A stretch of 64,000 nucleotides of DNA from Hemiscyllium ocellatum. Taxonomy: Eukaryota. A model generated the notes under the pieces. That model saw only the letters and a program-made list of their open reading frames with translations. It was not told the DNA's origin and did not search any database. The position numbers and the translations under genes are program-made. Every line of letters begins with the position of its first letter. The first letter of the stretch is position 1. Where the stretch lies: positions 34,161,231 through 34,225,230 of the forward strand of contig NC_083435.1 of NCBI RefSeq assembly GCF_020745735.1. Reading direction: 5' to 3'. Positions 23,034 to 36,960 of the stretch are shown here, one piece after another.

Positions 23034-25084
23034 TTGCAAAATCATACTTCTTTTCACAAAATTCGAGGAATTACTATTTTCATGTCAAGCTGCATTACGA
23101 GTTGAATGGAATTTGCCTTGATTTCCTGGATAAGAAATACAGCCCAGGGACTGCACAAAAGCTTCTTATCTGCACACAAATGCCCAGGCATATAGACAAA
23201 TACTCCGTCTGCGGCCTACAGACTACAATAGCAGCACAGAGGCAGTCCCATCGGAAAGTAATTTTTATTTACTTGTATACAGTACACTAGCTGTGGCCAG
23301 CAAGCTCGGCGTGAGTCCGTGAAGTGAGCAGATTTTCTGAATCCTGTAGTTATCGATAAAAATCTCAGATTGTTTCTCCATAACACTGGACTCCTTTGGC
23401 TATAAATTGTGAGAGCATGATCGTAATATCCACAACCACCTGATGAAGCAGCAGCGCCCTGAAAGTTAGTGCTTCCAAATAAACCTGTTGGAATATAACC
23501 TGGTATTGTTTGATGTTTAACTTTGGCCACATCAATCCAACATCAGCACCTCCAAGCCCTCGTCGCCATGCAGCGAATCGTCCTACTCAATGAGATCGGG
23601 CGCAACATAGAGGTTCGATTCACTCCATGCACAGGAGTTGAGGCAGGGCAGGTAAGAAGTTCATTCCAAACAGCTGACCGTGGTACAAAGAATAAGTCCC
23701 ATCGCTAAATTGACTCTTTCATTCCCACATCTTCGCCAAAATAACAGTGCCGCTGAAACCCAGCTTCGTTCAATCGTTCATATAAGAAATCGACCCCCAC
23801 CCCCGACCTCGCCCTAACCCCCAAACCACTTGCTGTGGTCAGCTAACTCAAGGGTTAGTTTCTCACAAAGAAAAGAACCTAATAAAAAATACTCCCCAGC
23901 GTCATTGGTAAGAACCAACCACTCAGTCAGTTCCTGAAGTGAGATTCTCTGGATCTCCTGGGTATGTTTTTTTTGTTTTATTAAGCTGTACAAAATGCAA
24001 ACATCCAGCAATGACCAATAAACAGCAGTTTACAATACACAGCAATTTACAGGGAAAAGGCACAGCCAATCAAACCCCAAACCCCACCGTACAACCAATT
24101 CTCAGGGAAATGCAGACGAACCTCAAATCTCAAATTAACTCACTGAAAAGGAACAGCAGTCACAAACACACATAAAACAGTCTGATAAACAAAACAATGA
24201 AACAGTGCATATTACACAGACACTCCTGGTAAACAAGCAACCAGCCCGCATCTCCCATCTTCTGGCCACTCAAACACAGCCCACCTCATGCTCATTCCGG
24301 CTCTCAGCCCACCCATACTCCCCTTCCGGCTCTCGGTCTGCAGCCCTGACACACCATCCAGCCATCTCGAGGGTAGCACGTCCCGTTCCCTCCTTAATAT
24401 GAGGTCACTCATGACAGCCCTCCCACCTTCTGGCTCTCGGGGTGTCGGGCTTCAGAATGGCCAACCCACCTTCCAGTTTTTGGGACGGCCTACTTACCGT
24501 CAGGTTCTCGGAATTACAGCTTTCTGGCCAACCTTTGAGCTTCCCGGCTGACAGCAAGGCCTGCCAGATCCAGGGTCGCACAAGGCAGTGCAAGTGATAA
24601 ACCCAATCATCAAAATAGCAGAATGCATTCCAGTATTAATCGAATGCTCACCTCATATCATATACAGTTGTTCAGTCTCTACAGAGGTTTGGTCCGCCCA
24701 CAGATGCTCAGGCCCACTCTCTGAGATAGACTTCATTTGTAAAATTGCAGTTGACTCACAGGGCCTGAGTCGAAATATTAAAAATTGAAAACACGTGCAA
24801 AAAATGAAGTTCAGACATTAAAAACTATAGTGCAAGAGCTGAGCCCTGCTGCAAAATAAGCATTGTCATTGCCTAGAAAAAAAGAGTAGCACACAGCCTG
24901 TAATGAGCCAGTGAAACAACTGTTCTCTGGAGAGAGCTGAAATACAGCAGTTACACACTGATTGTGTGTTCAGTCAGCTCACAAATCAGTCCTCTTCAAG
25001 GAATAGCAATTAAAAAAAAACTGGCTGTGTAGATCAGCCAGTTCAAGAATCAGGACACAAAAAAAGAGAATAAGATTAGCGAGT

Positions 25085-27030
25085 TTTGAGAAGATTTGTG
25101 GTTCAGGTTGTGGTTTGGATGTAAGTTTGCTCGTTGAGCTGGAAGGATCATTTTCAGATGTTTCGTAATCCTACTCGGTAGCATCTTCATTGGACAAAGT
25201 TTGTGAGAAGATTTGTAGCTCGGGTGCTCGTTGTTGTGGTTCTGTTCGCCGAGCTGGGAGTTTTTGTTGCAAACGTTTCGTCCACTTTCTCGGTGACATC
25301 TTCAGTGCTTGGGAGCCTCCTGTGAAGCGCTTCTGTACTGATTCCTCCGGCATTTATAGTGGTTTGAATCTGCCGCTTCCAGTTGTCAGTTGCTGTCCGC
25401 TGCAGTGGCCGGTATATAGGGTCTAGGTCGATGTATCTGTTGATAGAATTTGTGGTTGAGTGCCATGCCTCTAGGAATTCCTGGTTGTTCTCTGTTTGGC
25501 CTGCCCTATAATAGTGGTGTTGTCCCAATCGAATTCATGTTGTTTGTCATCTGAGTGTATGGCTACTAGGAATAGTTGGTCGTGTCGTTTCGTGGCTAGT
25601 TCGTATTCATGGATGCGGATTGTTAGCTGTCTTCCTGTTTGTCCTATGTAGTGTTTTGTGCAGTCCTTGCATGGGATTTTGTACACTACGTTGGTTTTGC
25701 TCATGCTGGGTATCGGGTCCTTTGTCCTGATGAGTTGTTGTCTGAGAGTGTTTGTTGGTATGTGTGCTGTTATGAGTCCTAGTAGTCGCAGCAGTCTGGC
25801 TGTCAGTTCAGAAATGTTCCTGATGTATGGGAGTGTGGCCAGTCCTTTGGGTTGTGGCATGTCCTCATTTCGTTGTCTTTCCCTTAGGCATCTGTTGATG
25901 AAATTGCGCGGGTATCCGTTTTTGGTGAATACCTTATATAGGTGTTCTTCTTCCTCTTTTTGTAGTTCCGGTGTGCTGCAATGTGTTGTGGCCCTTTTGA
26001 ATAATGTCCTGATGCAACTTCGTTTGTGTGTGTTGGGATGATTGCTTTCATAGTTCAGGACTTGGTCTGTGCGTGTGGCTTTTCTGTATACCTTCGTGGT
26101 GAATTCTCCATTCGGTGATCTTTGGGCCATCACGTCTAGGAATGGGAGCTGGTTTTCCTTTTCTTCCTCTCTCTCGTGAATTGGATTCCTGTGAGTGTGG
26201 CGTTGATGATCCGTTGTGTGTTCTCTGTTTCTGTGTTTTTAATGATTATAAAGGTGTCATTCGCGTATCTGATCCAGAGTTTGGGTTGTAATTGCGTTAA
26301 AACTGTTTTTTTTTTCTCGAACCTTTGCATTACTGCTTCTGCTATGAGTCCGGAGATGGGTGAGCCCATGGGTGTTCCGTTGATTTGTTCATATATCCGG
26401 TTGATGAATGTGAAGTGTGTTGTGAGGCACAGGTCCAGTAGTTTAAGTATGCCGTCTTTATTAATAGGTTCAGCGTCCTGTTGTCTGTTATGTATGTCCA
26501 GCAGGTTGGATATTGTTTCTCTGGCTCGGGTTTTGTCAATAGAAGTGAACAGTGCCGTTACATCGAATGAGACCATGGTTTCTTCCTTGTCTATGTGTAT
26601 ATCTCTGATCATTGGACCTCATGCAAAGCAATGCTGAAAATTCCTACTTTCTATTTATATGTAGGGTTGGTGATGTCACGACCTGTGGTGATGTTATTTC
26701 ATGTGATGAAGTTACTTCTGGTTCCTTTTTTCAGGGGGTGGTAGATGGGGTCCAGCTTGATGTGTTTGTTGATAGATGTCCGATTGGAACACCATGCTTC
26801 TCAGAAATCTTGTGCGTGTGTTTGTTTGGCTTGTCCTAGGATGGATGTGTTGTCCTAGATGAAGTGGTGTCCTTTCACATCCGTATGTGAGGATACTAGT
26901 GAGAGAAGGTAGTGTCTTTTTGTGGCTAGTTGGTGTTCATGTATCCTGGTGGATAGTTTTCTGCCTGTTTATCCAATGTAGTATTTCTTACAGTCCTTGC
27001 ACGGCATTTCGTCAATTACATTAGTTTTGC
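25085..27030 (-). mobile_element. Older Penelope-like fragment (25085-25195 + 26618-27030) interrupted by a younger Penelope
   Basis: The two halves rejoin across the TSD to match the family seen at 5558-5955. Confidence 0.7.
25196..26608 (-). mobile_element. Penelope-like element, 5'-truncated: RT plus GIY-YIG endonuclease, with 9-bp TSD
   Basis: RT 'MVSFDVTALFTSI', 'GTPMGSPISG', 'WIRY(AN)DTF'; GIY-YIG 'VVYKIPCKDCTKHYIGQTGR'. Flanks tcattggac at 25187-25195 and 26609-26617. Confidence 0.92.
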
Positions 27031-27479
27031 TTGTTTGTTTTCTATTGGACCCTTGAATCACAAGTGAAGACAATGGAATGGCTGTGTATATGGTCTGGTC
27101 AACTCTGATGTGGATTCATGAGATGGAAATTGATAAATGGACTGTAGAATAAGATTGATAGCATGTGAGAAATGACTTCACATAAAATGAATAAACAGCC
27201 TAAGTTCTGCAAAGTCTGAAAGTCGTTCAGATTCTGTGAGAAGAATTGGATAAATCATTATGGTTGTCAGAAATCCTTCTGACTTCAGAAAATCTGGTTA
27301 AGGTTTGAAAAGGTTGGAATGGATACCAAAATTAGGTGAATGGAATGCAGTATTCAAGGTCCAATTATGCAGCCTCTAATTATTTCTTCATGCCATAAAA
27401 ATACACAATACTCTACAATGTCCATATGTTTAAAACCATTCTAGTAATTCTGAGACAGAGAAACGTAGGAACAGGAATG

Positions 27480-29940
27480 AGCCCCTCAAACATATTTCAC
27501 CATTCAGTGAGATCACTGCTGATCCATGGCCTAACTCCATATGCTGCCTCTGGCCAATTCCATATCAGTTCTGTTTAACAATAACTTACTTATGTCAATT
27601 GTAAAATTAACAACTGATCCAGCATCCACTGTTGTTTGTGGGAGAGAGTTCCGAACATCTACCACCCTTTGAGTGTAGAAGTGCTTCTGAATATCTCTTG
27701 TAAACCTCTTGACATCACAGGCTGTAATCCTAATTCTGGAATCTGGAATCCCCAACCTGTGGATATAGTTTATGTTTATCAATCCAGTTTTTGCCTGTCA
27801 ATTGCTTGATGGAATCACCTCTTAACCTGCGAAATTCTACAAAGAAAACAAGAATAATTTCTACAATCTGACCTCATAACTCCTGAAGTACAGGTATCAT
27901 TCTTGTCAGCCTCTGTTATACTCAGTCCAAGATCAATACTTTGTTTCTAATGTGTGGTCTGCTCACAGTACTCCAAATGGATTCTAGTTATGGGTTTACA
28001 CCCCCGTAGAAAATTGCAGTGTAACGTCTGCACTCATAACTTCTGCAACTTGTATTCCATTCTCGAGATATAAAGGCGAGATTTCTTGATTGTTTTGTGC
28101 ACCTGTTTGCAACGTTACAAAATCTATGCACCTGAAACCCAAATTTGTGGGCATCCACAGTATTCAATGTCATGTAATCAAGAAATGATCTACCTTTTTT
28201 TGTTTCAAAACCGATTGTTTCACACTTACTTAAATTGAACTCCAACTGCCACAGTTTTGCCCATTCCCTTGTTCTATCAATGTCAATTGCAATTTTATGC
28301 CACCATCTGCACTGTTTATAACGTCGTCTAATTTTGTGTCGTCAGCACATTTGGATATATGACTATGTATGCCATTATCCCAGTAGTTAATAAATAAGGT
28401 GAATAATTGAGGACCTAACACAGATCTATTTGGGACAACTGGTCCGATCCTGCCAATTTGAATACCGACCCACGATCTCTACTTTGTCGCCTGCCTCTCA
28501 AGCAAATTCCCAGCCCTATCATTAATGTGCCTCAATTATGTCGGCTTTGACATTAGTTAACACTCTATTATGTGGGATTATATCAAGTACTTTCTCGAAG
28601 TCGATATGAACAACATCCACAGACATGTGTCAACATTCCACAAAATCCAATGAGGTTTGTCAGGCATGAACTACAAGTCACTAAATCTATGCTGGCACTG
28701 CCTGATTAACTGAAAAAACTCAAAGTGTTCAGTTCACCAATCCTTGATTACAGATTCCAACAATTTCTCCATCACACATGTTAGACTAACTGGTGAAACA
28801 TTTCCTAGCTTTTTCCCTTGACTCTTCTTAAAAGGTGGATTGACGTGTGCAACATTCCATCTAGAGGGTTGACTTCTGTGTCTAGCGAACTCTGCAAGCT
28901 CCTTTACTTCCTTTAGCATCCTGAGATGGAAACCGTCCGGTCCTGCAATTTGTTACTCTTTAATTCCATTAATTTCTTCATTTCAAATATTTTATATTAT
29001 GTAAGTCTTTATTCAGTCTCTGTTCCCAATCCATTATTTACTTCCTCATGACTTCTGACAAGCTTTTCTCCTTTACTGCTGTAAATGTTTTATTTTCTTC
29101 TACTGAGACAAAGTAATTATTGAATATGTCTGCCATCTCTTGATAGTCATTGACATTAAATCAGTTTCAGTCATTAGTAGGCCAACATTCCTCCTGACCA
29201 TTTCCTTGATGTAGTTACAACACTTGATGATTTTAATGTTCCTGGCAAGTTTCCTTTATTGATCCTTTATGATAACTCCTATAAGCTGCTTTGTGGCCCT
29301 TCAGTTGTCTTTATACGTTTGCCATTCTGGAGAATTTATGCTATTATTTTGCATTTTTGTAAGCCCTTTATTTATTTTTACTGTTACCTTTTCAGATGTC
29401 CTGAATGTTGTTTTCTCTTAAATGGAACATTTCCGTCTCATTGTTATAAACTGATTTTGTATTATTTTGAATGTTTTTTCTTAAACATTCTAGACTGTGT
29501 TCCAGTTGTTTGCCCAACGAGCAGATGACCCCCAATTTACTGTGGATAGGCTCTGATTGATTTTGTTAAAGTTGGCTTTATCCAAATCTAAAACTCTAGT
29601 TTACGGTTTTCACTTTCAGACTTGCACATGTTCGCTTGGGTCCAAGCACCAATCAGTGCCATACCCATTGGTCACTGGCTGCCACACATAAAATTTTCCA
29701 TTTATTTCTACTCTTGCTTCGTGACTATAGCCAGTTCTCCATCCATGTCAATTCACTACCACCAATCTCATATACTTTAATTTTGCATGCTAATCTCTCA
29801 TATGGGACGTTATTGAAAGCCTTCTCGTAGTCCAGGTAAACCACATCTCCTGATTCCTCCAAAAGACTACACTCGTCACATCCTTTAAAAATTTCAGGAG
29901 ATTTGTCGACAAACCTGCCCTCTCAGAACAGGTTTCTCTC
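27480..29940 (-). mobile_element. Long old CR1 remnant(s)
   Basis: 'LGPQLFTLFINY', 'SKCADDTKL', 'PVSLTCVMEKLLESVIKD', plus tail, in colinear order. Confidence 0.8.
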
Positions 29941-30260
29941 TGTCTGCCTTTTAAATAATGGGTTTACATTAGCTATCGACTAATCCATAACAACAGTTCT
30001 ATAGTCGAAAGAATCTAGAAAGACGGCAACCAATGCATTCATTCTTTCTCGGGGAATTTATTTGAATACTTTAGGATGTAGATTGTTGCGCTCTAGGGAC
30101 CTGTCGGCCTTTAAACCCTTCTACATCCCTGACAACTTTTTCCCTGATGGTACTGATTTCCTACTGTTCCTATCTGTCATATGTTCATCAACACGTTAGA
30201 ATATTGTTTGTGTCCTCTATGGGATCTACATTTGTCTTCATTCGTTCTTTCTTTTCATAT

Positions 30261-30835
30261 TGTGGTGATGCGATGGGTTTAAGAGGTAATTCTGTGCTTC
30301 TCTTTTTAAAGAGCTGGAACAGAGCTGTCCAGTTTGAACAAAAGTTAAGTAAAGAACTTCTGAGGCCTCGGTGTTTTCTTTTTACAGTTGGAACAATAGA
30401 AGCAACATGGTTGGGTGGGGTCAAGATTTCGAGTTTTTTTTAGTTTTTAGCTTTAACTTAAAGCAGTTGCTATTTGAGTCTCAACGAGGCAGAGTTTTGA
30501 AAGAATTAGAAGTTATCTTTTCTCTCTCTTAGTTACAGCTAGAGTATGGGGTTTCTCTCTGTTTCTGAGATAGCTGTGAGATGAACCATTTTCTGAATTT
30601 GTCATTTTGCCAAGAGGTATGTTTATGAGTTGTTACTCTCCAGGAACTGTACCTTAGCAATAGTTGCAATATCTATTATTTTATGTTTTTTTCCCAATAG
30701 AGCTAAGTTATTCTAAGTCTTTATTTCTTTTGTTGTATTTTGTGCTTTGAATAAGTTGTGTTTTACATAATGTAGAGTAATTTGACCAATTGAATTAGCA
30801 TGTTACATTTGTCTTTAAAATTAGAATTGTTTGCC
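30261..30835 (+). mobile_element. Solo LTR-like repeat (Gypsy-type); related copies at 49628-50275 and 63660-64000
   Basis: Shared blocks ('ttggaacaat..aagca', 'ggtggggtcaagat', 'tttgaccaattga') with the two copies that are attached to Gypsy internal sequence. Confidence 0.5.
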
Positions 30836-30851
30836 ACTGTCTATCGCTGTT

Positions 30852-31120
30852 ATTAGATTAGATTAGATTACTTACTGTATGGAAACAGGCCCTTCGGCCC
30901 AACAAGTCCACACTGACCCGCCGACGCACAACCCACCCATACTCTACATGTAACCCTTCAACTAACATTACTGGCAATTTAGCGTGGCCAATTCAATTGT
31001 CTTGCACATCTTTAGACTGTGGGAAGAAACCGGAGCACTCGGAGGAAAACCACGCAGACACGGGGAGAATATGCAAATTCCACACGGTCAGTCACCTGAG
31101 GTGGGAATTGTACCCGGGTC
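30852..31120 (-). mobile_element. Shark tRNA-SINE, 5'-truncated
   Basis: (attag)n tail and reverse complement of the 11407 element. Confidence 0.88.
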
Positions 31121-31714
31121 AATAATTTATCATAGCCAGCTTGCTCGTTATAGCATTATAGAATCCTTCGTATAGATGTAGGACCCTCATCTCAGATTTA
31201 ACTATGTCACTCTCCACATTGATAAAGAGTTTTATCATACTAAGGTCACTCTTCCTGAAGAACCCATACTCAGCTGGATTGCCAATCATGTTAGAATTCT
31301 ATCTGAGGGATTATTTCACGTTTAGTCACATATAGAGTACCTCAACATTTTCTCGAGCTTCTTATACTGAAGAAACACCTTCACGCAGCTGAAAACCTTC
31401 ACTTTAATTCAGCAACAGCTAAAGTAATGAAAATAAAAGAAAAGCTGCAATTGCTTCAGAGATGGAGATAGAAAACACTTGCATTTCCATCAACAAATGT
31501 ACAGTCAGTAAATGAACAGTGTGGCACTATTCGACTGGATTTAAGTATCATTCATGTCATCTTGGCATTGTTATATCTGTCATACAGAATGCGATGTTCC
31601 TCCTGCTCAACACTTTCATCTTTCTTCTGTGAAGGTTGCTACTGCTCTCCAACGCTTCAATGTCCATCACATCCCCTCTTTGACTGTTCCAGTTGAGAAG
31701 AGAAGATTATGTCT

Positions 31715-33110
31715 TTTTTTGTTTTATTTATTCAATGCCTGTCCAAAATGTATTGTTCCTCTCTAGTACCCTTGAGAAGGTTATGGTGCCCTGCCTTCTT
31801 GAACTGCTGCAGGCTATGTGCAGTTGGTTGACCCTCAATGTCCTTACTGAGAGAATTCTAGGATTTTGTCCCAGTGACACTAAAGGAACAGCGATATATT
31901 TTCAAGTTAGGATGGCGGGTGTTTCTGAAGGGAACTTGCAGGTGGTGGTGTTCACAAGTACTTGCTGTCCTTGCCCTTCTAGATGGAAGTGATTGTGTGT
32001 TTGGAAGGTGCTGTCTGAGGATCTTTAGTAAATTTCTGCAGTACGTCTTGTAGATGGTACACACTGTTGCGACTGAGCAACAGAGGTGAAGGGTTTGGAT
32101 GTCTGTGGATATAGTGGCAATGAAGCAGGCTGCTTTTTCCTGAATGTGTCAGGTTTCTTGAGTGTTGTTGGAGCTGCACTTATCCAGACAAACGGAGAGT
32201 ATTCCATCACACTCCTGACTTGTGCCTTTTCGATGGTGGACAGGTGTTTAGCGTTTCAGGAGGTGGGTTACTCACTGCAGCATTCAGAGCCGCTGTAGCC
32301 AATGTGTTTATGTGGTGAGTTCAGTTGAGTTTCTAGTCTATGGTAACTCCCAGGATATTGACAGTGGGGAATTCAGTGATGGTAGCACAATCAAGGGTCA
32401 GTGATTAGATTGTCTGTTGTTAGTGAGGATCATAGCCTGGCATTTGTGTGGCTTGAATGTTACTTGCCACATGTCATCCCAAGCTAGTCAGAGTTGCGAA
32501 CATTTAATAATCATCAGTAAACATCCCCACCTCTGACCATGTGATGGAAAGTCATTGATGAAGCAGCTGAAGATGGTTGGGCCTATGATGAACTCCCAAG
32601 GAACTCCTGCTGTGATGCCCTCCAGCTGACATAAGTCACTTCCACTTTCTGTTTATTCTGCTTGGCAGCAAGTAGTCCTGTTTGGAAGCTTCACCAGGTT
32701 GACCCCTCACAATTAGATATGCGTGGTGCTGTTCCTGGCATGCCCATCTTCACTCCCCATTGAACCAGGTTGATCCCCTGATTTGATTGTAATCATTGAC
32801 TGGAGGATATGCTTCGCCATCAAATTACAGGTTGTGTTGGACTGAGATCTGCTCTGATGATGCACCACTACACTTCATGGATGCCCAGTTTTGAGTTGCT
32901 AGATCTGTTTAAAGTCTGCCCCATTTATCACAGTGATAGTGCCACAAACACAATGAAGATAATAATCATGAAGTCAACATAAAGACAGACCTTTGTCTTC
33001 ACAAAGGCTGTGCGATGGTCACGCTTATAGATACTGTCATGGACAGATGTATCTGCAACTGGCGGATTGGAAAGGATAACGTTAAGTATGTTTTTCCCTC
33101 TTGTTGGTCC
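31715..33110 (-). mobile_element. LINE of the CR1/L2 group, second subfamily (second copy at 59380-60300 plus)
   Basis: 'MMEYSPFVWISAAPTTLKK.DT' here; 'MEYSSLARMSAPTTLRKLDTIQDKAAHLI' in the plus-strand copy. Confidence 0.8.
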
Positions 33111-33130
33111 CCCGCACCCCGCGCCCACAT

Positions 33131-34885
33131 GTCAGCATTTCACAGCGTAATAACCGTGCTTTGATGCCAAGTCCAATGTTAATTTCAGGATCACTTCACA
33201 GTTAATGTTGTTACATTTTGGTTATACAAATATTTCCAGAAGTAGCATCATGACCAAAGGGGGAATAATGTAATTATACGCCAACAAATCACCGAGGAAA
33301 GACTTTCTGCCACTAAGCACACTCCGATTTTATCTATACCATCTGAACTACATTGAATTTAACTAAGATCAGGCAATGTTAGATATTAATGCAAATAGAC
33401 AGAAAATTACCAGATGATAGTTGTGTCTGAGATGATTTCCAAAATGAAGTACGGTGATAGTTCAACTGAGCTACGAATTTGCCTCCACCAAATGCATGCA
33501 ATCATATTGATTTCATAGGTATAAATTGCATTCGAGATTTTGGAGTTATTGCAGTTTTTGTGGCCCAACAAATATTACTCATTTCTGTTCAACTCCTGCC
33601 AATCGACTCGCTGTACACGGAAGATGGATTCATGAAGCAACTGAACAGGTTTTTTTCTCCATCTCGTCTGCTCAAAATTGATAATCAATTTGTAAATCGC
33701 TCAAGACTTCTATGATGGGGTGGGGATTCAGGGAAAAACACTTAGTGATGAGTGAAATCCCACTTGCTATTCGAGTTTCAGGTTGGCAACTGATCTCGGC
33801 TTGCCAGTTGTGTATTAAATTCCTTCAGTAAATTACAGACATCAGCATCATTATATAGTGTCTTGTGTCTGGGTGTTTCCAGAAATCTGGAATAGCAATC
33901 GAATTGACTATCCTCCCAAAGTTGTCAGCGGTACAGTTGAACAGGTGGAATAACCAAGGATAAAAGATCAGAAATGAGCACACCGATGGTTAAAATTCTG
34001 GTAGGATGTAGACTCAGAATGTAAAATGAATAGAGTGCTTACAGGTGAACAACATATTCCTTCCTCTCTACACGATCCATGCCACTCAATTATATACATC
34101 ATAATGATTTCCACTTCAGTCTGCATTGGTCCCAAGAATAGATCCCCGTCTATACAAGCTCTCTTCATTAATATAACCCAGGCAATGTGCAGGTAAATCT
34201 CCTCCGCACAGTGTCTAATGAAATGAACACCACCACCCCTCCCCCCGCCAGACCCACCCCCATCCCCCCCCTACCCACCACCACCAGATTCCCTCCTGGA
34301 AATGTCAATTCTGTAACTGCACACCATATTCTGGCTCGGATCAAGTCGACATTTTATGCAATGACAGCTGTAAAGCTCTGTGCCTGAGTTGACAAAGGAA
34401 TATGAGCAACAAACGGTTCTCAGCCACTTCATGCGACGGCCCCACGAATTTGTGGAATAAGTGGACATATATGCCAATATTCCTCTTATCCTGGTTGTCT
34501 CTCAGCGAGCTGCTGTTCCTCATGTGTTCTGTTCCTTTTATTTGTCCTGCCAAAGTATAAGTTAAACAGTAGGTGCCGAACACTGATCACTGCTGAATCC
34601 CAAAAGGCGTCCAACATTACCCCCTGTACTCTGCAAATTCTGGATTATTTAGGGTACCTTTGATACCATGGCACTGATCACTATCAAACTCCAATGCGGA
34701 ATTGTTATCAAACGTTTTGCTGAAGTCCAGTTAGATTGCATCAAATTAACATCCAATCAGAAATGCAAACAATCCTTCTTGGTCTATGACAAATATTTGA
34801 AGAATGGCTTCTATCCCACTGTTATAAGAGTTCTGATTGGACCTCTCAAAATTTAATTTTAATGTCGATCTCACTCTTTTTGTAT
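33131..34885 (+). repeat. Segmental duplicate, copy A (about 1.75 kb; paralogous to 41382-43135)
   Basis: Colinear similarity from 'gtcagcatttcacag.gtaataaccg' to 'gaagaatggcttct.tcccactgttataagagttctga', including the same embedded old CR1 fragment. Confidence 0.85.
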
Positions 34886-35384
34886 CCTCTCTGCAGCCGT
34901 AACAATTTATTCTCTGCACTCTTCCATTTTCAATTGCAACTTTTCTAGCCTGAACTAATGCCTTGCATGCAAAATGAAACTTTTTCATTGTAATTTGATA
35001 CACGTGGCACAAATCAAATCAAATCAACCATTTATACTTTATGGGAGTGCGGCTGCAGCGTCAAAATGACGAAACGGGCATTTACACCAAGTAAAAGGGT
35101 TAGTTTCTTCAGGTAAGATAATGCTTCTTTGAAATTCACCGCCTATGGAATCAATGGATCATGTTTTGTTGAGATCATCGAAGACCTATACGTGCAAATA
35201 TCGAGAGAATGGATATGAAGAGATATTTGAATAGAGCAAGAATGTGGAGTTCGCCCATCAGATCTGTCATGACCTTATTGATTGGCAAAAGAAACACTGT
35301 GTGCAATTTCTGTGCTTCTTACAATCGTTGTTGTGTTAACTATGGTGAAAGCCATTTCAAATTTAACTTTCTTCAGGTAAGTGA

Positions 35385-36960
35385 GGATTAAAAGGATGAC
35401 TATGGTAGGAATAGGGCTAGTCAAAGGCAGAAGTGGAAAGTTGCGTGTGGATCCTGTGGAGATGTGGGATTTATGGGAGGATTCTCTAGAAATCCAGGGA
35501 GGAGGTGTTGGAGCCTTTAGATTTGATATTTGAGTCGTCATTGTCTACAAGTTTAGTACTAGAGGACTGTATGATTGTAAATGTTGTGCCATTGTTGAAG
35601 AAGGGCAGTAGAGATGACCTGTGAGCCTTACGTCTGTTGTTGGATAAGTTGTGGAAAGGATTATAAGAGATAGGATTTATAATCATCTAACAAGTAAGAA
35701 TTTGATTACAGAGAGCCAGCATAGTTTCGTCAATGGCAGGTCACGTCTCACAAACCTCATTGAGTTTTTTGAGAAGGTGGCCAAGCATGTGGATGAGGAT
35801 AGGACAGTTTACGTGGCGTATATGGACTTCATTAAGGCATTTGATAAATTTCCAAATGGTAGGCCGTTGGAAAAAAATGCAGAGGCGTTGGATTGTGGGT
35901 GATTTAGCACGTTGGATTAGAAACTGACTTTTGTAAGAAGGCAGAGAATAGTAGTTGATGGAAATATTTAATCCTGGAGTTTGGTTACTAGTGGTCTGCC
36001 ACAAGGATCAGATTTGGGACCACCGTTTGTCATTTTTATACATGGCCTAGATGCAGGCATTGGTGGATGGGCTAATAAGTTTGCAGATGACAGTAACGTC
36101 GGTGGAGTAGTGGACAGTGTGGAAGATATTGCAAATTGCAGGGGGAATTGGATAAACTGCAGAATTGGGCTGAGAGGTGGCAAATGGAGTTCAATGAAGA
36201 TAAATGTGAAGTGATTTACTTTGAGAAGAATAACAGGAAGGTAGAATAATGGGTCAATGGAAAGACCCTTAGTAGTGTGGATGTGCAGAGTGACATGTAC
36301 GAGATCCCTGAAAGTTGCTACAAAATTTTAGAGTGCTATTAACAATGCATATGTTGTTTTAGGTTTTATTGGCAGAGGGATTGAGATCTGGAGCCTTAAT
36401 TTCATGCTGAATATGTACAAAATGATAGGGCCACCACAGTTGGAATATCGTGTACAATTCTGATTGTCCCATTTCAAGAAGGATGTGGAAACATTGGAAA
36501 AGGTGCAGAGTAGATTTACCAGGATCTTGCCTGGTCTGGAGGGAAGTTCTTATGAGGAAAGACTGAGAGATTTTGATGAGTTCTCATTGGAAAGAAGAAG
36601 GCTGAGAGGGGATTTGATAGAGACATACAAGAATATCAGAGGATTAGGTTGGGTAGACAATGAAAGTATGTTCCCTCGGATGATGACGTCGGCTTGTATC
36701 GGGGCAGAGCAACAAATTGAGGGGTGATAAAATTAAGACAGATCTCAAATGTAGGTTCTTTATTCAGGCAGCGGTAAGAGCGTGCACTGCCCTGAGAGCC
36801 AGTGTCGTTAACTCAGCCACAATAGGTAGTTTTAAACATTCCTTGGATTAACACATGAATGCTAATGGGATAGTGTCAGAGGTTGGGCTTAGATTAGTTC
36901 ACAGGTTGGAGCAACATTGAGGCTGAAGGGCCTGTTCTGCGTTGTATCGTTCTATGTTCA
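35385..36960 (+). mobile_element. CR1 LINE RT to tail, about 1.6 kb
   Basis: 'SQHSFVNGRSRLTNLIEFFE', 'YMDFIKAFDK', 'NKFADDS', 'TLEKVQSRFTRILPGL'. Confidence 0.92.

Noticed and set aside
32929-32956. V(D)J recombination signal (CACAGTG + 12-bp spacer)
   Set aside because: The nonamer matches only 5/9, the site lies inside a LINE, and there are no V, D or J segments nearby.
34225-34290. Functional G-quadruplex (C-rich tracts here and at 6655-6682, 23795-23822, 42455-42500)
   Set aside because: Low-complexity tracts whose sequence is not conserved between duplicate copies; nothing in the sequence indicates function.
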